A stretch of 64,000 bases of DNA from Geosiphon pyriformis uo1 (lineage: Eukaryota > Fungi > Glomeromycota): the NCBI GenBank assembly GCA_016748015.1, contig JAAOMT010000557.1, positions 124,001 through 188,000 on the forward strand, written 5' to 3'. Below, in pieces: positions 13,938 to 25,313 of the stretch; position 1 is the first letter of the stretch; every line of letters starts with the position of its first letter. The translations under genes were made by a program, and so were the position numbers. The notes beneath the pieces are model-generated. The model saw only the letters and a program-made list of their open reading frames with translations. It did not search any database and was not told the origin of the DNA.

Positions 13938-14129
13938 TGTTGTCTTGACTGGTCTGAGTGGCTGGTCACATGTAAAAAGTGCATAATTCATGCTTAGTTT
14001 AGATCACTTGTTGATGTATTTTACTAGGTTGTGTTTGGATCTTACTTATTAAATGGAAAAAAAAATAAATAAATATAAATGTAATTTAAAAAATTAATAT
14101 TAAAAAAATTATAATATTAATGATAAATA

Positions 14130-14628
14130 TTTTGTATACTGTTTTTTATAAAAATTTTGTTTTTAAGATATAATTTACTAAATCTATATTAGTTTTTAAA
14201 AATATTAAACTGGTTTGTTTATATTTAAATATTTTTATACAATAATTGATAATAAATTATAAAAAAAAAGTAATTATATAAATTTAAATATAAAACTATA
14301 ATAAAAAAGTGGTTTAATTAATAATAATATGTTTGTTTTTTATAATTTATATGATTTATTTATTAATTTGTCTAATAAAATAGTTTATATGCTTAATATT
14401 ATTAAAGCTTTTATAATTGGTTTTGGTTTATATAATAAATATTTGTTTTTTTTTAATTTAAATAATAAAAATTAATATTTATATAAATATATAATATAGT
14501 TTTAATTAGCTTAAATAGTTGGTTACATATAATAAATATGTGAATTATATTTAATTATAAATATTTAATTTGTTTATATATACTAAATAATAATTAGACT
14601 GTATTTATTAAAACTTTAATAAAAAAAA
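14130..14628 (+). pseudogene. Hypermutated relic of LINE ORF2 end, 3' tail and poly-A
   Basis: Reads LYTVFYKNFVFKI*FTKSILVFKN. 14491-14556 aligns with the 3' tail at 23690-23754 almost entirely through G>A/C>T changes. Confidence 0.75.
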
Positions 14629-15735
14629 CTAAAAACTTTTTTTTTTTTAATTTTAGAATTATAATTAGAACAAAAAATAAAAAAATTGTATTTTTTTTAT
14701 TTTTATTATTATTTAAAACAACTAATAATTTTTTTATTAATAAAACAATTATAAAAACTATTTAAAAATGCTTTATAAAAATGTTTTTTTTTAAATAAAA
14801 TAGTAATTAAATAGTTTTTTGCTAATTTAAAACCACTTTTTTATTTTTGGTTAAAAGTTTTTTTCTTTCTAAAATATTGGTAATTAAATTGTTTTTTTTT
14901 GTTTTTTTATTTATTGTTGTTTAAATAATTAGAAAAACTAAAATAGTCAAAAAACAATTTTTTTAAATTTTTATTATTTATAATAACAATTTTTTTAATA
15001 TACTTAAAAAATAAAATTTTTGTTTTTTTTATTTATTTTGTATTATTAGCACTAATTATAATATTGTTAAGTTTTTTGGTAGTATTCACAATAGCCACAC
15101 AAATAGAGTTATGATGGATTTTGGTTTGTCTAAGGGTTACAAAGTCTACGATAGTCTGGACCAGAAGGAAGTTTTTTCTCCTTTTTTGTGAAGAATTTTT
15201 TATGATCCTCTATTGTGTGAGGTGAAAAAGCATAAGTCATTTTTCAAGTATTGGATTAATTCCAAATTCATAGCCAGAACAGGCAGAATAGAGTCAAATG
15301 CTGATTTAACTTTTTATTTGGCTGCTGGTGCTTTTGTGGATGATACCATTTGAGTTGGCAATTGTTATACAGTGACACAGAATATTTTGAACATTGCTAG
15401 TGAATTCATTGAATTAATAAATATATCAATTAATATGGAAAAGACAGTTGTCATTTCTATTAACCCAAGGATTAGTAATACCTCCTTAGAAGTAAGTGGA
15501 TCTCCAATTTCAATTGCTAAAACTGGTAAGGCTTATCAGTATCTAGGTATTTTTCTGTCAACTAAAGATCTTTCTGGTCTGAATTTAAAGAAGGCAAATT
15601 CAGATGTCAAGTTTTTTTCATCCATGATTTTGCACAAAGTTATTACAGACAAGCAGTTCTCTTATTTGGTATTGACTGTTTTACAGCCCATAGTCGAATA
15701 TAGAACTCAATTTAGCTTCATTAATAGAGGCACGT

Positions 15736-16386
15736 TGTTACGGTTTAAGAATTTAGCAAAAAAAATCATAAAAATAATACAAACTATTCAATCATAATAT
15801 AGCACAGTAATAATCTTAAAAAGGTAATGATTAACATAGTAGCAAACACCATCTCGCGATAGTGGCAAGCACCAGTTTACAATAGCAGCCAACACCAACT
15901 GGTGATAGCAGCAAGCACCAGGTTGAAATATCAAAAAGAAAGTATTTTCTCATAGAACTACAAACATGTATATANNNNNNNNNNNNNNNNNNNNTCAACT
16001 GAATCCCTTGGAAGAATAATCCTTGATCAAGATTATTCACGTTGTTACTAATTGATAAAAGCTTTATTGTGAGAATTAGAAAAGTGCTAAAGACCATTAA
16101 CATTCTGTGTTTCTAGATTAGAGAAACACATCAGGCAATTGCAAGGATAGCCTCAGAGAAGACCCCAGACAGTGGGTAGATTTCAGTTCAGCCTCTGAGA
16201 AGGAGTACATAAATACACACAACAATCAAGAATTAAAGAATAACTTACATCGCAACAGTAAAAAAAAAGCCTTCAGTATAACAGTGACATTATCACACAA
16301 ATAGAACTGAGGAACTCACGAAAAACTGATTGCAATTAAAGCGGAATATCAGCAATTAAATATAACAAGAAAACCATCCTGTAACA
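15736..16386 (+). repeat. E1 5' LTR (contains an N-gap; 4 x 23-bp U3 repeat at 15836-15921; TATA-like at ~15968)
   Basis: Matches 19506-19605 and 21494-21707. Confidence 0.9.
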
Positions 16387-16405
16387 TTTGGTGAGCCCTA
16401 CGAGG
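16387..16405 (+). promoter_or_regulatory. E1 primer-binding site TT-TGGTGAGCCCTACGAGG
   Basis: TGG lies 2 nt after the LTR end and is complementary to a tRNA ...CCA 3' end. tRNA identity not determined. Confidence 0.8.
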
Positions 16406-16468
16406 AAAGAAAATTAAAAAGGAAATAATAATTAGCAATAATTCATTGCTAAAAAGGAAAAGACAAAA

Positions 16469-18742
16469 GTGGCGACAAAAACCCCTAATCTTACTGTTCT
16501 TGAATTCTGCCGTGCTATTTACACACAAAATCAAAGTGATCTTGGATTACCAGAAGGGTGTTGTCCAGCAGAATCTGCCCTCACTTATTATATCAACGCC
16601 AAAATAAATTATCATATAGGAAAGGAAGAAGAACCACACAACGCAAAACTTGGATTGTATAGAGAATTATCACAATACACTACAAAAGAAGTAGCAGTAA
16701 TAGCCGCAACTATTGTCAAAATCCATTGACAAATTGAGCAATACGCCAACGAAAATTTTCCAATATCCACAGGAAACATTAAGGAACGCGCCAACAAAAC
16801 CAAAGAAAATTTAGAAACTAATCAGGAAAGTAACCAGCAAAAACTAGGAACACCAGCTCAAACACCAAAGAAAACTGGCACTCAATCAATAAAGAAACAA
16901 CGTATTTATTCACCAGAAGATAAATCATACCATTTTTCACCAGAAAATAAGATACAAATTCCATTAGGAGCTGCATCATCATCAACATCAACTCCACAAA
17001 CGCCAAGAACTTCTAGTTATATTGATAAAATTAAACAACGTAACTGGGGAGACATACCAATTACAGGAGGATATTCATCACTATTCCAAAACCCTCTTTT
17101 TCAGCCAAAATTTAGAACAGAGTTTGAAAACCGTGAAGAAGAGTCTGAATCGGAATCTGAAAAAGAGACCAGCGAAAAAACAATCACAAGACCAGTCACT
17201 GGAACAAGCAGCCAGTCCAGAAACCAAGAAACTCGTGATCAAGAGAAAGAACCGGATATAAGGGAAGCCACCTTTAGGAACACTCAAGGAAATATCATCC
17301 CACCTTCTCTTAGACCAATAAACCCACCAGCAGAAAATGGCAACGAAATGACCACATCATACATTACAAGACTAACAGATTTCTCAGGAGAGGAAGAAGA
17401 AACGGATGTGCACACATGGCTCAGAGAAGCACAAAAAGCCATCCAGGCAAATAACTGGAATGACCAAAGAGCAATTCAAACATTATCTTTCTTCCTGAAA
17501 GGCACAGCCGACTCGTGGTATCAAAGCCTAGAAACAAAACCCACGAGCTTCGCCGAATTTAAAAATGCACTCCTGGAGTATTTTAGCGACCCAAACGCCG
17601 TAATCCAACTACAGAACAAATTCAATACTATCAAGCAAAATACTGGTAAAACTGTTACCCAATACCTTGCTCGATTCAATCGAATTCGCCATCAGATTGA
17701 AGTGATTGAACAAGGATACTACACTGATCCTCAGGTTTTAAATCAGTTTATTAGAGGATTAAAAAGCAGCATTTTAGGAAGAGTACGCCCTGCCCACCCT
17801 AATTCCTTACCAGAAGCCGTTACACTTGCCAGAGCCCTTGAATTGGCTGAGAAAGAAGTTAACCATAGTCAAATGGTTAACATGGTAATGGAGGAAAATA
17901 AGACAGAAACATTAGAGAAAAGAGTAACGCGATTAGGGGAGGAACTCTCTAAGAAAATAGAAAGTTACCTCATCCTGGATCCGAGAAAAAATACATACCA
18001 ACCACCCCAAAGACGCAGCCAGGAAGTCAGCGACAGTCGAAATAATCACCCGTCATGCCAGGAATTCAAAACAGAAACACGCACCTGCCATTTTTGCAAA
18101 CGCGTAGGACATTTGATTAGTTAATGTCAAATGCAAATGATGCAGGAAGCACACAAAAATAATTACTATGTGCCACCCCAAATGCCCAGAAACCAGTACA
18201 TGCCAATACCATGCCAATATTCCACCACGTATCAAAATCAAGGAGCTTACCAGCAACAGCCCATGATAGCCAACCCAAATTGGCGTCTCGAGGCCTGAAA
18301 TCAGCCCATGTGGAACCAGAATGCGTTGGTCCAGAGGAATCCAAACCGCGCCGGAACCAATCAGCAAACCAATCCAAACTACCAAAATTATCAACAAACT
18401 TACCTTAATATACCGGAAAACCTGATCATTGGAAACAATGACGGTAGAAACATAAACAGAACCAAGAATTCCTCCAAATTGAGCCAGACAATACCACCAG
18501 CAGTTGCCACCGAAGATAGCAGCCTCGCAGCTATTTTTCCTTTTGAATTAGAGGAAAACGAGGCTATGTTCAGTGGAGCAGCATTGGACAAAAAATGCCC
18601 AATCACTGCTATGTATACAGAAGCCACTGTAAACAATACCCCAATCAAACTTATCTTAGACAGCGGATCCGCTGGAAGCATCGTAACGCTTCAACTAGTA
18701 AACCAACTGGGTTTCAAAGTTGATCGTGCTGCGACGTCCCAA
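16469..18742 (+). pseudogene. E1 Gag (N-terminal extension, capsid, CCHC knuckle) and aspartic protease in one frame
   Basis: Capsid DFSGEEE..WL..A..AIQANNW, QFIRGLK; knuckle CHFCKRVGHLIS*C; protease LILDSGS. The ORF pieces at 16469, 17348 and 18308 share one frame. Confidence 0.88.
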
Positions 18743-18762
18743 NNNNNNNNNNNNNNNNNNNN

Positions 18763-19413
18763 CCAGGAATAATGGTTCAAATGGCGTCATGATCAAGCCT
18801 CGCGAAAAAAGGAATAAGCGTTCAAGGAGGAGTAATTGACTCCGGATACACTGGAAATTTGATGGTTTTGCTACAGAACAATTCAGAAAAGCCTTATACC
18901 ATTGAATCTAAGGAAAAGATTGCACAAGCAATTTTCCTACCATTGGTAAAAATTGGGAAATTCGTGCCAGTGGAAAATCGTGAGGAATTGTCACAAACAA
19001 CGAAAGGAACTTTTGGTTTCGGATCAATAGGAAAAGGAATTGAAGCGAATTTTGCTGAAACAATAGAGGAAAAAGGCGAAGTAATTAAAAATGAGCGGTC
19101 CATCACACTCCTACCATATGAAAAATCAGAAATAAGAATAAAAAGGACAATTAAAGAAAAAGACCTAATAATTGAGCCCTATTCAGAAACTTGCCAACAG
19201 TTTCTTATAGGACTTACTAACCTTTTTATTCCAGCTGATAAAGCTCAATGGATAAAAATTCCTATCGCAAACACCACAGAAGAACCCGTCTACATTCTGG
19301 AAGATACCATTATTGGATACCTCGGAACGGAGCTAGAAAACGTGTCAACACCACAAGAAATTCTAAATTTCCCAGAAATCGCCCTCTACTGTGAACTCAC
19401 TTCAACAAATTAA
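18763..19413 (+). pseudogene. E1 dUTPase C-terminal half plus downstream dUTPase-like beta domain
   Basis: dUTPase motifs 2-5 (S*SSLA, GVIDSGYTG, KIAQAIF, KGTFGFGSIG), then KIPIANTTEEPVYILEDTIIGYL. Confidence 0.88.
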
Positions 19414-19490
19414 TAACACAGTATTGAACCACTATAGTAACTTAGAATTTAATGAAGAAATTAATTTCGATTTCAACAGAGCTCAATCTT

Positions 19491-19505
19491 GAAAGGAGGG
19501 GATAA
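19491..19505 (+). promoter_or_regulatory. E1 polypurine tract GAAAGGAGGGGATAA
   Basis: Directly precedes the 3' LTR start TGTTACAG at 19506. Confidence 0.85.
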
Positions 19506-19625
19506 TGTTACAGTTTAAGAATTTAGCAAAAAGAATCATAAAAATAATACAAACTATTCAATCATAATATAGCACAGTAATAATCTTAGAAAGGTAATGA
19601 TTAACNNNNNNNNNNNNNNNNNNNN

Positions 19626-21473
19626 ACAATGACGGTAGAAACATAAACAGAACCAAGAATTCCTCCAAATTGAGCCAGACAATACCACCAGCAGTTGCCA
19701 CCGAAGATAGCAGCCTCGCAGCTATTTTTCCTTTTGAATTAGAGGAAAACGAGGCTATGTTCAGTGGAGCAGCATTGGACAAAAAATGCCCAATCACTGC
19801 TATGTATACAGAAGCCACTGTAAACAATACCCCAATCAAACTTATCTTAGACAGCGGATCCGCTGGAAGCATCGTAACGCTTCAACTAGTAAACCAACTG
19901 GGTTTCAAAGTTGATTGTGCTGCGACGTTCCAAATCATAACAGCCGATGGAAGTACAAAGCTGCCTTATGGCGAAATCGACTCATTCCCTTTCGAAATTA
20001 ACGGCATAGTAATACCTACAAAAGTATTAGTAATGGATGCTACACAATATCAAGCGTTAGTAGGGAATGACTGGCTAACAAAAGCCAACGCCACCCTAGA
20101 CTGGACCACCCAAGAGCTTCTAATTAATTATAATGGCCACCAGGCCAAAATTCCAGCCACTTGTGGCCACTTCCAAAAACCCAGCGCCAACTAAAGACCT
20201 ACCTTCGAATTTGAGAAAAATCCAGCACTACCAGCCATCGAAACCTATCAGCTCTCTTGGGCTGATGACCAAAGAACAGGACTACCAGCCGTACCAACGT
20301 GGACCAGCGAAGAAAGATCTGAATGGAACCAGGTAAGTTCACGAAGAAACCACCAGCGACGCAGACCAAAGCTAGAATGCTCGGTTTGCAAGAAGAAACT
20401 CTCGTCTATGACTGCGTGCAGTGCACCAGACGAAGACCCAAGAAACCCCACCCACTACTATTGTAACCGTTGTAACAAAGAAAAATATGGTTACTCAGAA
20501 AGACATGGAAAATGGGACGAAGAACCGTGCCTCGCTTGTGGAGAACCGTTACCAAGAGGGTGCGACTGGAATGACTTACCAGGTAGAGGAGGAACGTGTG
20601 ACGCAACTTGCCAATACACAATCTTCATCTGTGACTGGGTAAGAGGAGGAACGCCGTTCGAAGCAGCATTCAACAGAGCGTTAAAAAGACTACAGCACTA
20701 CCCACACGATGAGGACGAGTTGTACAACACCGCACAAGCCAAAGTAAGAGGAGGAACCGCCGAAGAAATACGACGTTGGAAAGAGTCAGCCGAAGTAGCC
20801 GACGAAGTTGCCAGCTACAACATGTTCGATCCAGTGGACGAATTCCAGGACTACTACCAATAACTATGCCCCACTCGACAAGAGCAAGAACAATACCTCG
20901 CCCAAATCAACACTTACCTCTGCGAAAACTGTCTCATCCCGTGCCAAAGTCAGTGCTGTGAAGAGTGTCAAGATGAAAGGAACTTAGAAAGAAAAATGGA
21001 AATTGAGAATCAGCAGTCTCAAAATCAATCAATAAATCAACAAGACTCACCTGATGGTCCCGAGTCAGAAAAATTTGTAGCCTATACCGACCTAGAACAG
21101 GTGACCGACATCCGATACTTCGACAACGGGCACTTAGGAATAATACCCGAAAAAGCCCATCCAACCGACACCGGATTCGATCTACGTTATCCGGAAGACC
21201 AATCCACAACATTACCACCCAGAAGCATCACCAAAATCGACCTAAAAATAGCGGTTGAAATTCCGCCAGGAATAATGGTTCAAATGGCGTCATGATCAAG
21301 CCTCGCGAAAAAAGGAATAAGCGTTCAAGGAGGAGTAATTGACTCCGGATACACTGGAAATTTGATGGTTTTGCTACAGAACAATTCAGAAAAGCCTTAT
21401 ACCATTGAATCTAAGGAAAAGATTGCACAAGCAATTTTCCTACCATTGGTAAAAATTGGGAAATTCGTGCCAG
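19626..21473 (+). pseudogene. E1 protease, Cys-rich domain and dUTPase N-terminal part (contig that belongs in the 18743-18762 gap)
   Basis: Its ends duplicate 18435-18742 and 18763-18970. Motifs LDSGS, ALVGNDWL, CSVC/YYCNRC/CLAC/CDATC/CENC..CCEEC and HPTDTGFDL. Confidence 0.85.
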
Positions 21474-24400
21474 NNNNNNNNNNNNNNNNNNNNTGGGTAG
21501 ATTTCAGTTCAGCCTCTGAGAAGGAGTACATAAACACACACAACAATCAAGAATTAAAGAATAACTTACATCGCAACAGTAAAAAGAAAGCCTTCAGTGT
21601 AACAGTGACATTATCACACAAATAGAACTGAGGAACTCACGAAAGACTGATTGCAATTAAAGTGGAATATCAGCAATTAAATATAACAAGAAAACCATCC
21701 CATAACAACGTGTGAAAAATGGGACTATATGATTAGAAAGAGGTTGAAGTCTAAGGCCAGTTTGTCTAGAAACTTTCTTAATGAGGCAGTACACCATCTC
21801 TCTTTATATAATTTAAAGCCTTTTGAACAAGTCCAAACAGAAACAAAAGTCTTGTCAGTTTTACAGTTTACTAATGATAATGGGTTAATGAGTCGACTAT
21901 TTGGACATAAGTTAATAGACTTACAAGTTTTGGGCTGAGTACTTTGGAACCCTTTTCAATTTCTTGTTAAGTTGATGGTCAATTTGATAAACAATTTTCT
22001 GGCTGGTGTTACAAAAATTTTTTTGCATAATGAGATCTTTTTGGTTAATGGCTTGCCCAATGCTTTTCATTTCAAGTATGGTTTTTCTGTTTTAGATATT
22101 TTGGGCCAGGCACTGTATCTCTGGATTTGCAAATTACTAAAACGTTTTGGAATTATTTTTGCAGACCAGTTATTGAACAGTCATGGAAAATGTTTTAATT
22201 GGAAGAATTTTTACCATTAAAAATGATTGGATTCCAAAGGTCCAGTTCTTTTATGATTCATGTTGGTTTCAGATTTTGTCAAGAGTGGTGGTTTGGTTAA
22301 AAGTTTTTCTCCTGCTTTTGGGTCTTCTTTCAAGTTAGATGTTTCTAATATGGACTACTTTGGTTTCATCTATTCTAGTTTGAAGAACGCTTTTTTGCCA
22401 GTAATCTCAGTTTATACTGATGGTTCTGTTAAAGACTTTGATACTTCTGGCACTGTTAGAGGGGCTGCTGCCTATTTTTCTGATCTGAGTTTGCATATAG
22501 GTGTGGAAGTTCATAGTTTGTTATCAACTACCCTAACTAAAATGCAGACTGTTGTACTGGCTCTCAAGTGCATTCTGGCTTCCTCGAATGTTACAGTTTT
22601 TTCTGACAGTCAGGCCTTCTTGGATGTTTGTCAGGTAGAGTTAAGATTGGTGGCTCCCAATTTTCACAACAGGTGCTGGATAAAGTGCCATCATATTAGC
22701 AATTTAGTCAAATATAAAAACATTTCTGTTACTTGAACAAAGATGAAGGGTTACTCTGGTGTATTAGGCAATGAGCATGCTAATTGGTTGGCTGATCTAG
22801 CCATGTCATCAGGGCTTGTTCTTCCAGCAAATATCAGAGAAAAAATTTTGATGGCAGATGATAAGTTGATTTTTGGCAATATACACCACTTTGTTAGAAA
22901 AACAAATAATACTATTAAATGCTTTCAATAGAAATTTGGACCTGGTTCAAGCATTGTAGATTTTTTATGGGTCAGAAACATAAATTGGGTTTGTACTGTC
23001 TTGGTTTGGCACTCTGATTCTCACATGTCTGCGGAATATACAAACAGGGCCACCACTGGTTTGTGCACATATTTGATAAAAGCTTTACATAAGAGACTGC
23101 CTGTGACTGTAAAAAAATGCTTATATAATTATAGTTATCCTAGTGTATTATGTGTATATTGTAGGAAGGTGGATTTTTTAGATCATAGTTTTGTGTGTTG
23201 CTTGGACTTTTTGATGTGTTAGAGCTTGTTAAGTAAGTATTCTTCTCTTTAGAAGTCTTTTACTGAGGCGACCTTGTTGTCGTTTGCAGTTCTGTAGTCT
23301 TTGGCTTCTTCTGTTTCTGATGTTGGTCTCTACACAATTTTGTGTAAGAGTCTTGTGTTTAAAGATTGGTTGGTAGATACTAAAGCATCTTTTGTGAATA
23401 CTAAGCTTGTGATGTCTTATCTAGTTGAATTTGTTTGAGGTATGGCCACTGGTCATAAAGAACAAATCTGGATGCCTAACTCAAAACTTCGAACTAAAAT
23501 AGAGCATCATAGATTACTATGTGTGGATGGGTCTTTTTATGATATTATTTGGGATTTTCTTGCTAAAATTTCAGGTGGTATTGCTCGGTTGTTGGGAATT
23601 AAGAGAAGTTATGCCACCAATTTTGGCCTGAGTATTGGTCATTTGTTTTTTATTGGTGCTGCTAACAGAGTCACAGTAAATATAGTTGCATAGTGTAGTC
23701 TTGATTGGCTGAGTGGCTAGTCACATGTAGCAAAAACATGAATCACATTTAATTTAGAACTTTAGATAGTTGTATTGTATTAGATAGTAATTGGGCTTTA
23801 CTCATTAAACTAATAAAAAAAAAATAATATTCAATTTTATTATAATTATAAATAAAAAAAAATTTTCTGTTTAGGATAATAACAATAAAAATATATAAAT
23901 TAATCTTGATTTAAAATAATTTTTGACTGTGTTTTTAATTATATTAAATTTTTTTTTTATTTGCTTAATGAGTACAGTCCAAAAACAATCTAGTACTATA
24001 CATCAAAAAAACAATCTAAACTAGATGTTAATTATGCATTTTCTACATGTGACTAGTCACTCAAACCAATCAAAAACACACTACACTGAAATAAGAAAAG
24101 GTGGGAATAACCCCAAACCACAAATTTTTTCAATAACACCATTCAGATTTCTAGAATCAAAAATAAACTTACTAAGAAATAATCTAGTAGATTCAACACT
24201 ACTCCTAATCTCAGCACCTGACATCCGTCACAAAGCTATAACATGCTCAACAGTGTCTTTACTCAAGAAAAAAGGTTTGACAGCCTGCATATCATCATAA
24301 CCATGTCACTAAAGTCAACTTTAGATCTAAGACAAGCAATGTTTTTAGACACACCAACCAAAAAATTGGCAAAATTGTTAGAAGCATATTTCATAAAAAG

Positions 24401-25313
24401 AAGATTTTTCTTTAATTGAACAGTCTTAACAGCATTATCATCAAGAAGACGAGATACTAAGACAACCAAAAAGCCAACCAGCTCAACAATAAATTTTACC
24501 AAAGCAGCCAAATCCGAAATTTGCTTTTCCAAAGAGTCCAATCTGGACCCAACAGCAGAATCAACAACAGTCACAGAAGAGGTAGAAGCCACCAAAGAAA
24601 AAAATTCAGATATAACAGGGGAAGCAGATGCCTTAACATAAGACAAAGAACCAACAAAATGTGGTTTGAACATCTTGGAAGCCTTAGAAAAAGGAGATGA
24701 AGCAACTTTACAGTCTACAGCTAAGTGATCTGTTTTTTAACACCAAAAACAATGCTGACAATTAAGAGTCTTCTACCAAATATAACACTTTCTAAGTGTA
24801 CCAATATTGGCAACAGCAAGGTCCAAATCAGCTTGAAATCCAAACGTAACTAGAGCAAAATAGAGACAATAACTAGAATCAGGAAACCGAGGAATGAAAC
24901 AAGACTGGCCACCAACCTGAAAAATCATATCATTGATTTCAAAGGCAGTACAGCCAGAAAGAAAATTGACCAACTTGGTCTTAAACTTATCACAAGACAA
25001 AATAATCTCATTTTGATTCACCAAGAAAAGGATTCTAACACTATCCTTACACACCAATACTGATCAATAATTTAAAGCAGACACAGCAGAGTCCAATTTT
25101 TCAAAATAGACCATCACGTACTGCCAAACACCAGCAGACTTTAGCACTATTAAACACACTGAAAGCTGTCTTAATGTTAACAGCAGACACACCCAAGAGC
25201 ACATCACACAGCACAACAGCAGCAGAAAGGGAACCAGACTTAGAAACTACCAAAAACTTGACAATTTTAAGAGTGGCAAGATGAACAAAGCCTATAAGTT
25301 TAACTAAAAACAC

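Larger units (their letters stand above)
7309..14065 (+). mobile_element. LINE-A: full-length degenerate non-LTR retrotransposon (ORF1 + APE-RT-RNase H-Zn ORF2, poly-A tail)
   Basis: 5' end CTTCTTTCT follows an A-run, as at 48392. Two ORFs, a conserved ~130-nt 3' tail and A9 at 14057-14065. Many in-frame stops caused by transitions. Confidence 0.93.
15975..21493. other. Four 20-N scaffold gaps: 15975-15994, 18743-18762, 19606-19625, 21474-21493
   Basis: Runs of n in the sequence. Confidence 1.
15736..21707 (+). mobile_element. E1: young, internally deleted Ty3/Gypsy-like LTR element (Gag-PR-ZnF-dUTPase; no RT/RH/IN), internally scrambled by assembly gaps
   Basis: TGTTACGG...TAACA ends, 4-bp TSD ACGT (15732-15735 / 21708-21711), PBS at 16387, PPT at 19491-19505. 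The comparable LTR parts differ at about 10 of ~314 positions, all transitions. Confidence 0.9.
15066..23824 (+). mobile_element. LINE-B: 5'-truncated LINE (RT-RNase H-3' tail), split by LTR element E1 (pieces 15066-15735 and 21708-23824)
   Basis: AFVDDT, YLG and VYTDGS motifs. Removing E1 and one TSD copy restores FINRGTCEKWDYMIRK. Ends in the family 3' tail plus A-run. Confidence 0.9.

Noticed and set aside
15836-15921. CRISPR-like or other spaced-repeat array (also 25593-25705 and 43141-43230)
   Set aside because: Eukaryotic context, no unique spacers of CRISPR length, no cas genes, and the repeats lie inside LTRs.
18435-21473. Apparent tandem duplication of protease and dUTPase and a third LTR in E1
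   Set aside because: Duplicated blocks (18435-18742 = 19626-19933; 18763-18970 = 21266-21473) end exactly at N-gaps. This is best explained as a mis-ordered contig, with two C/T differences possibly from another copy.
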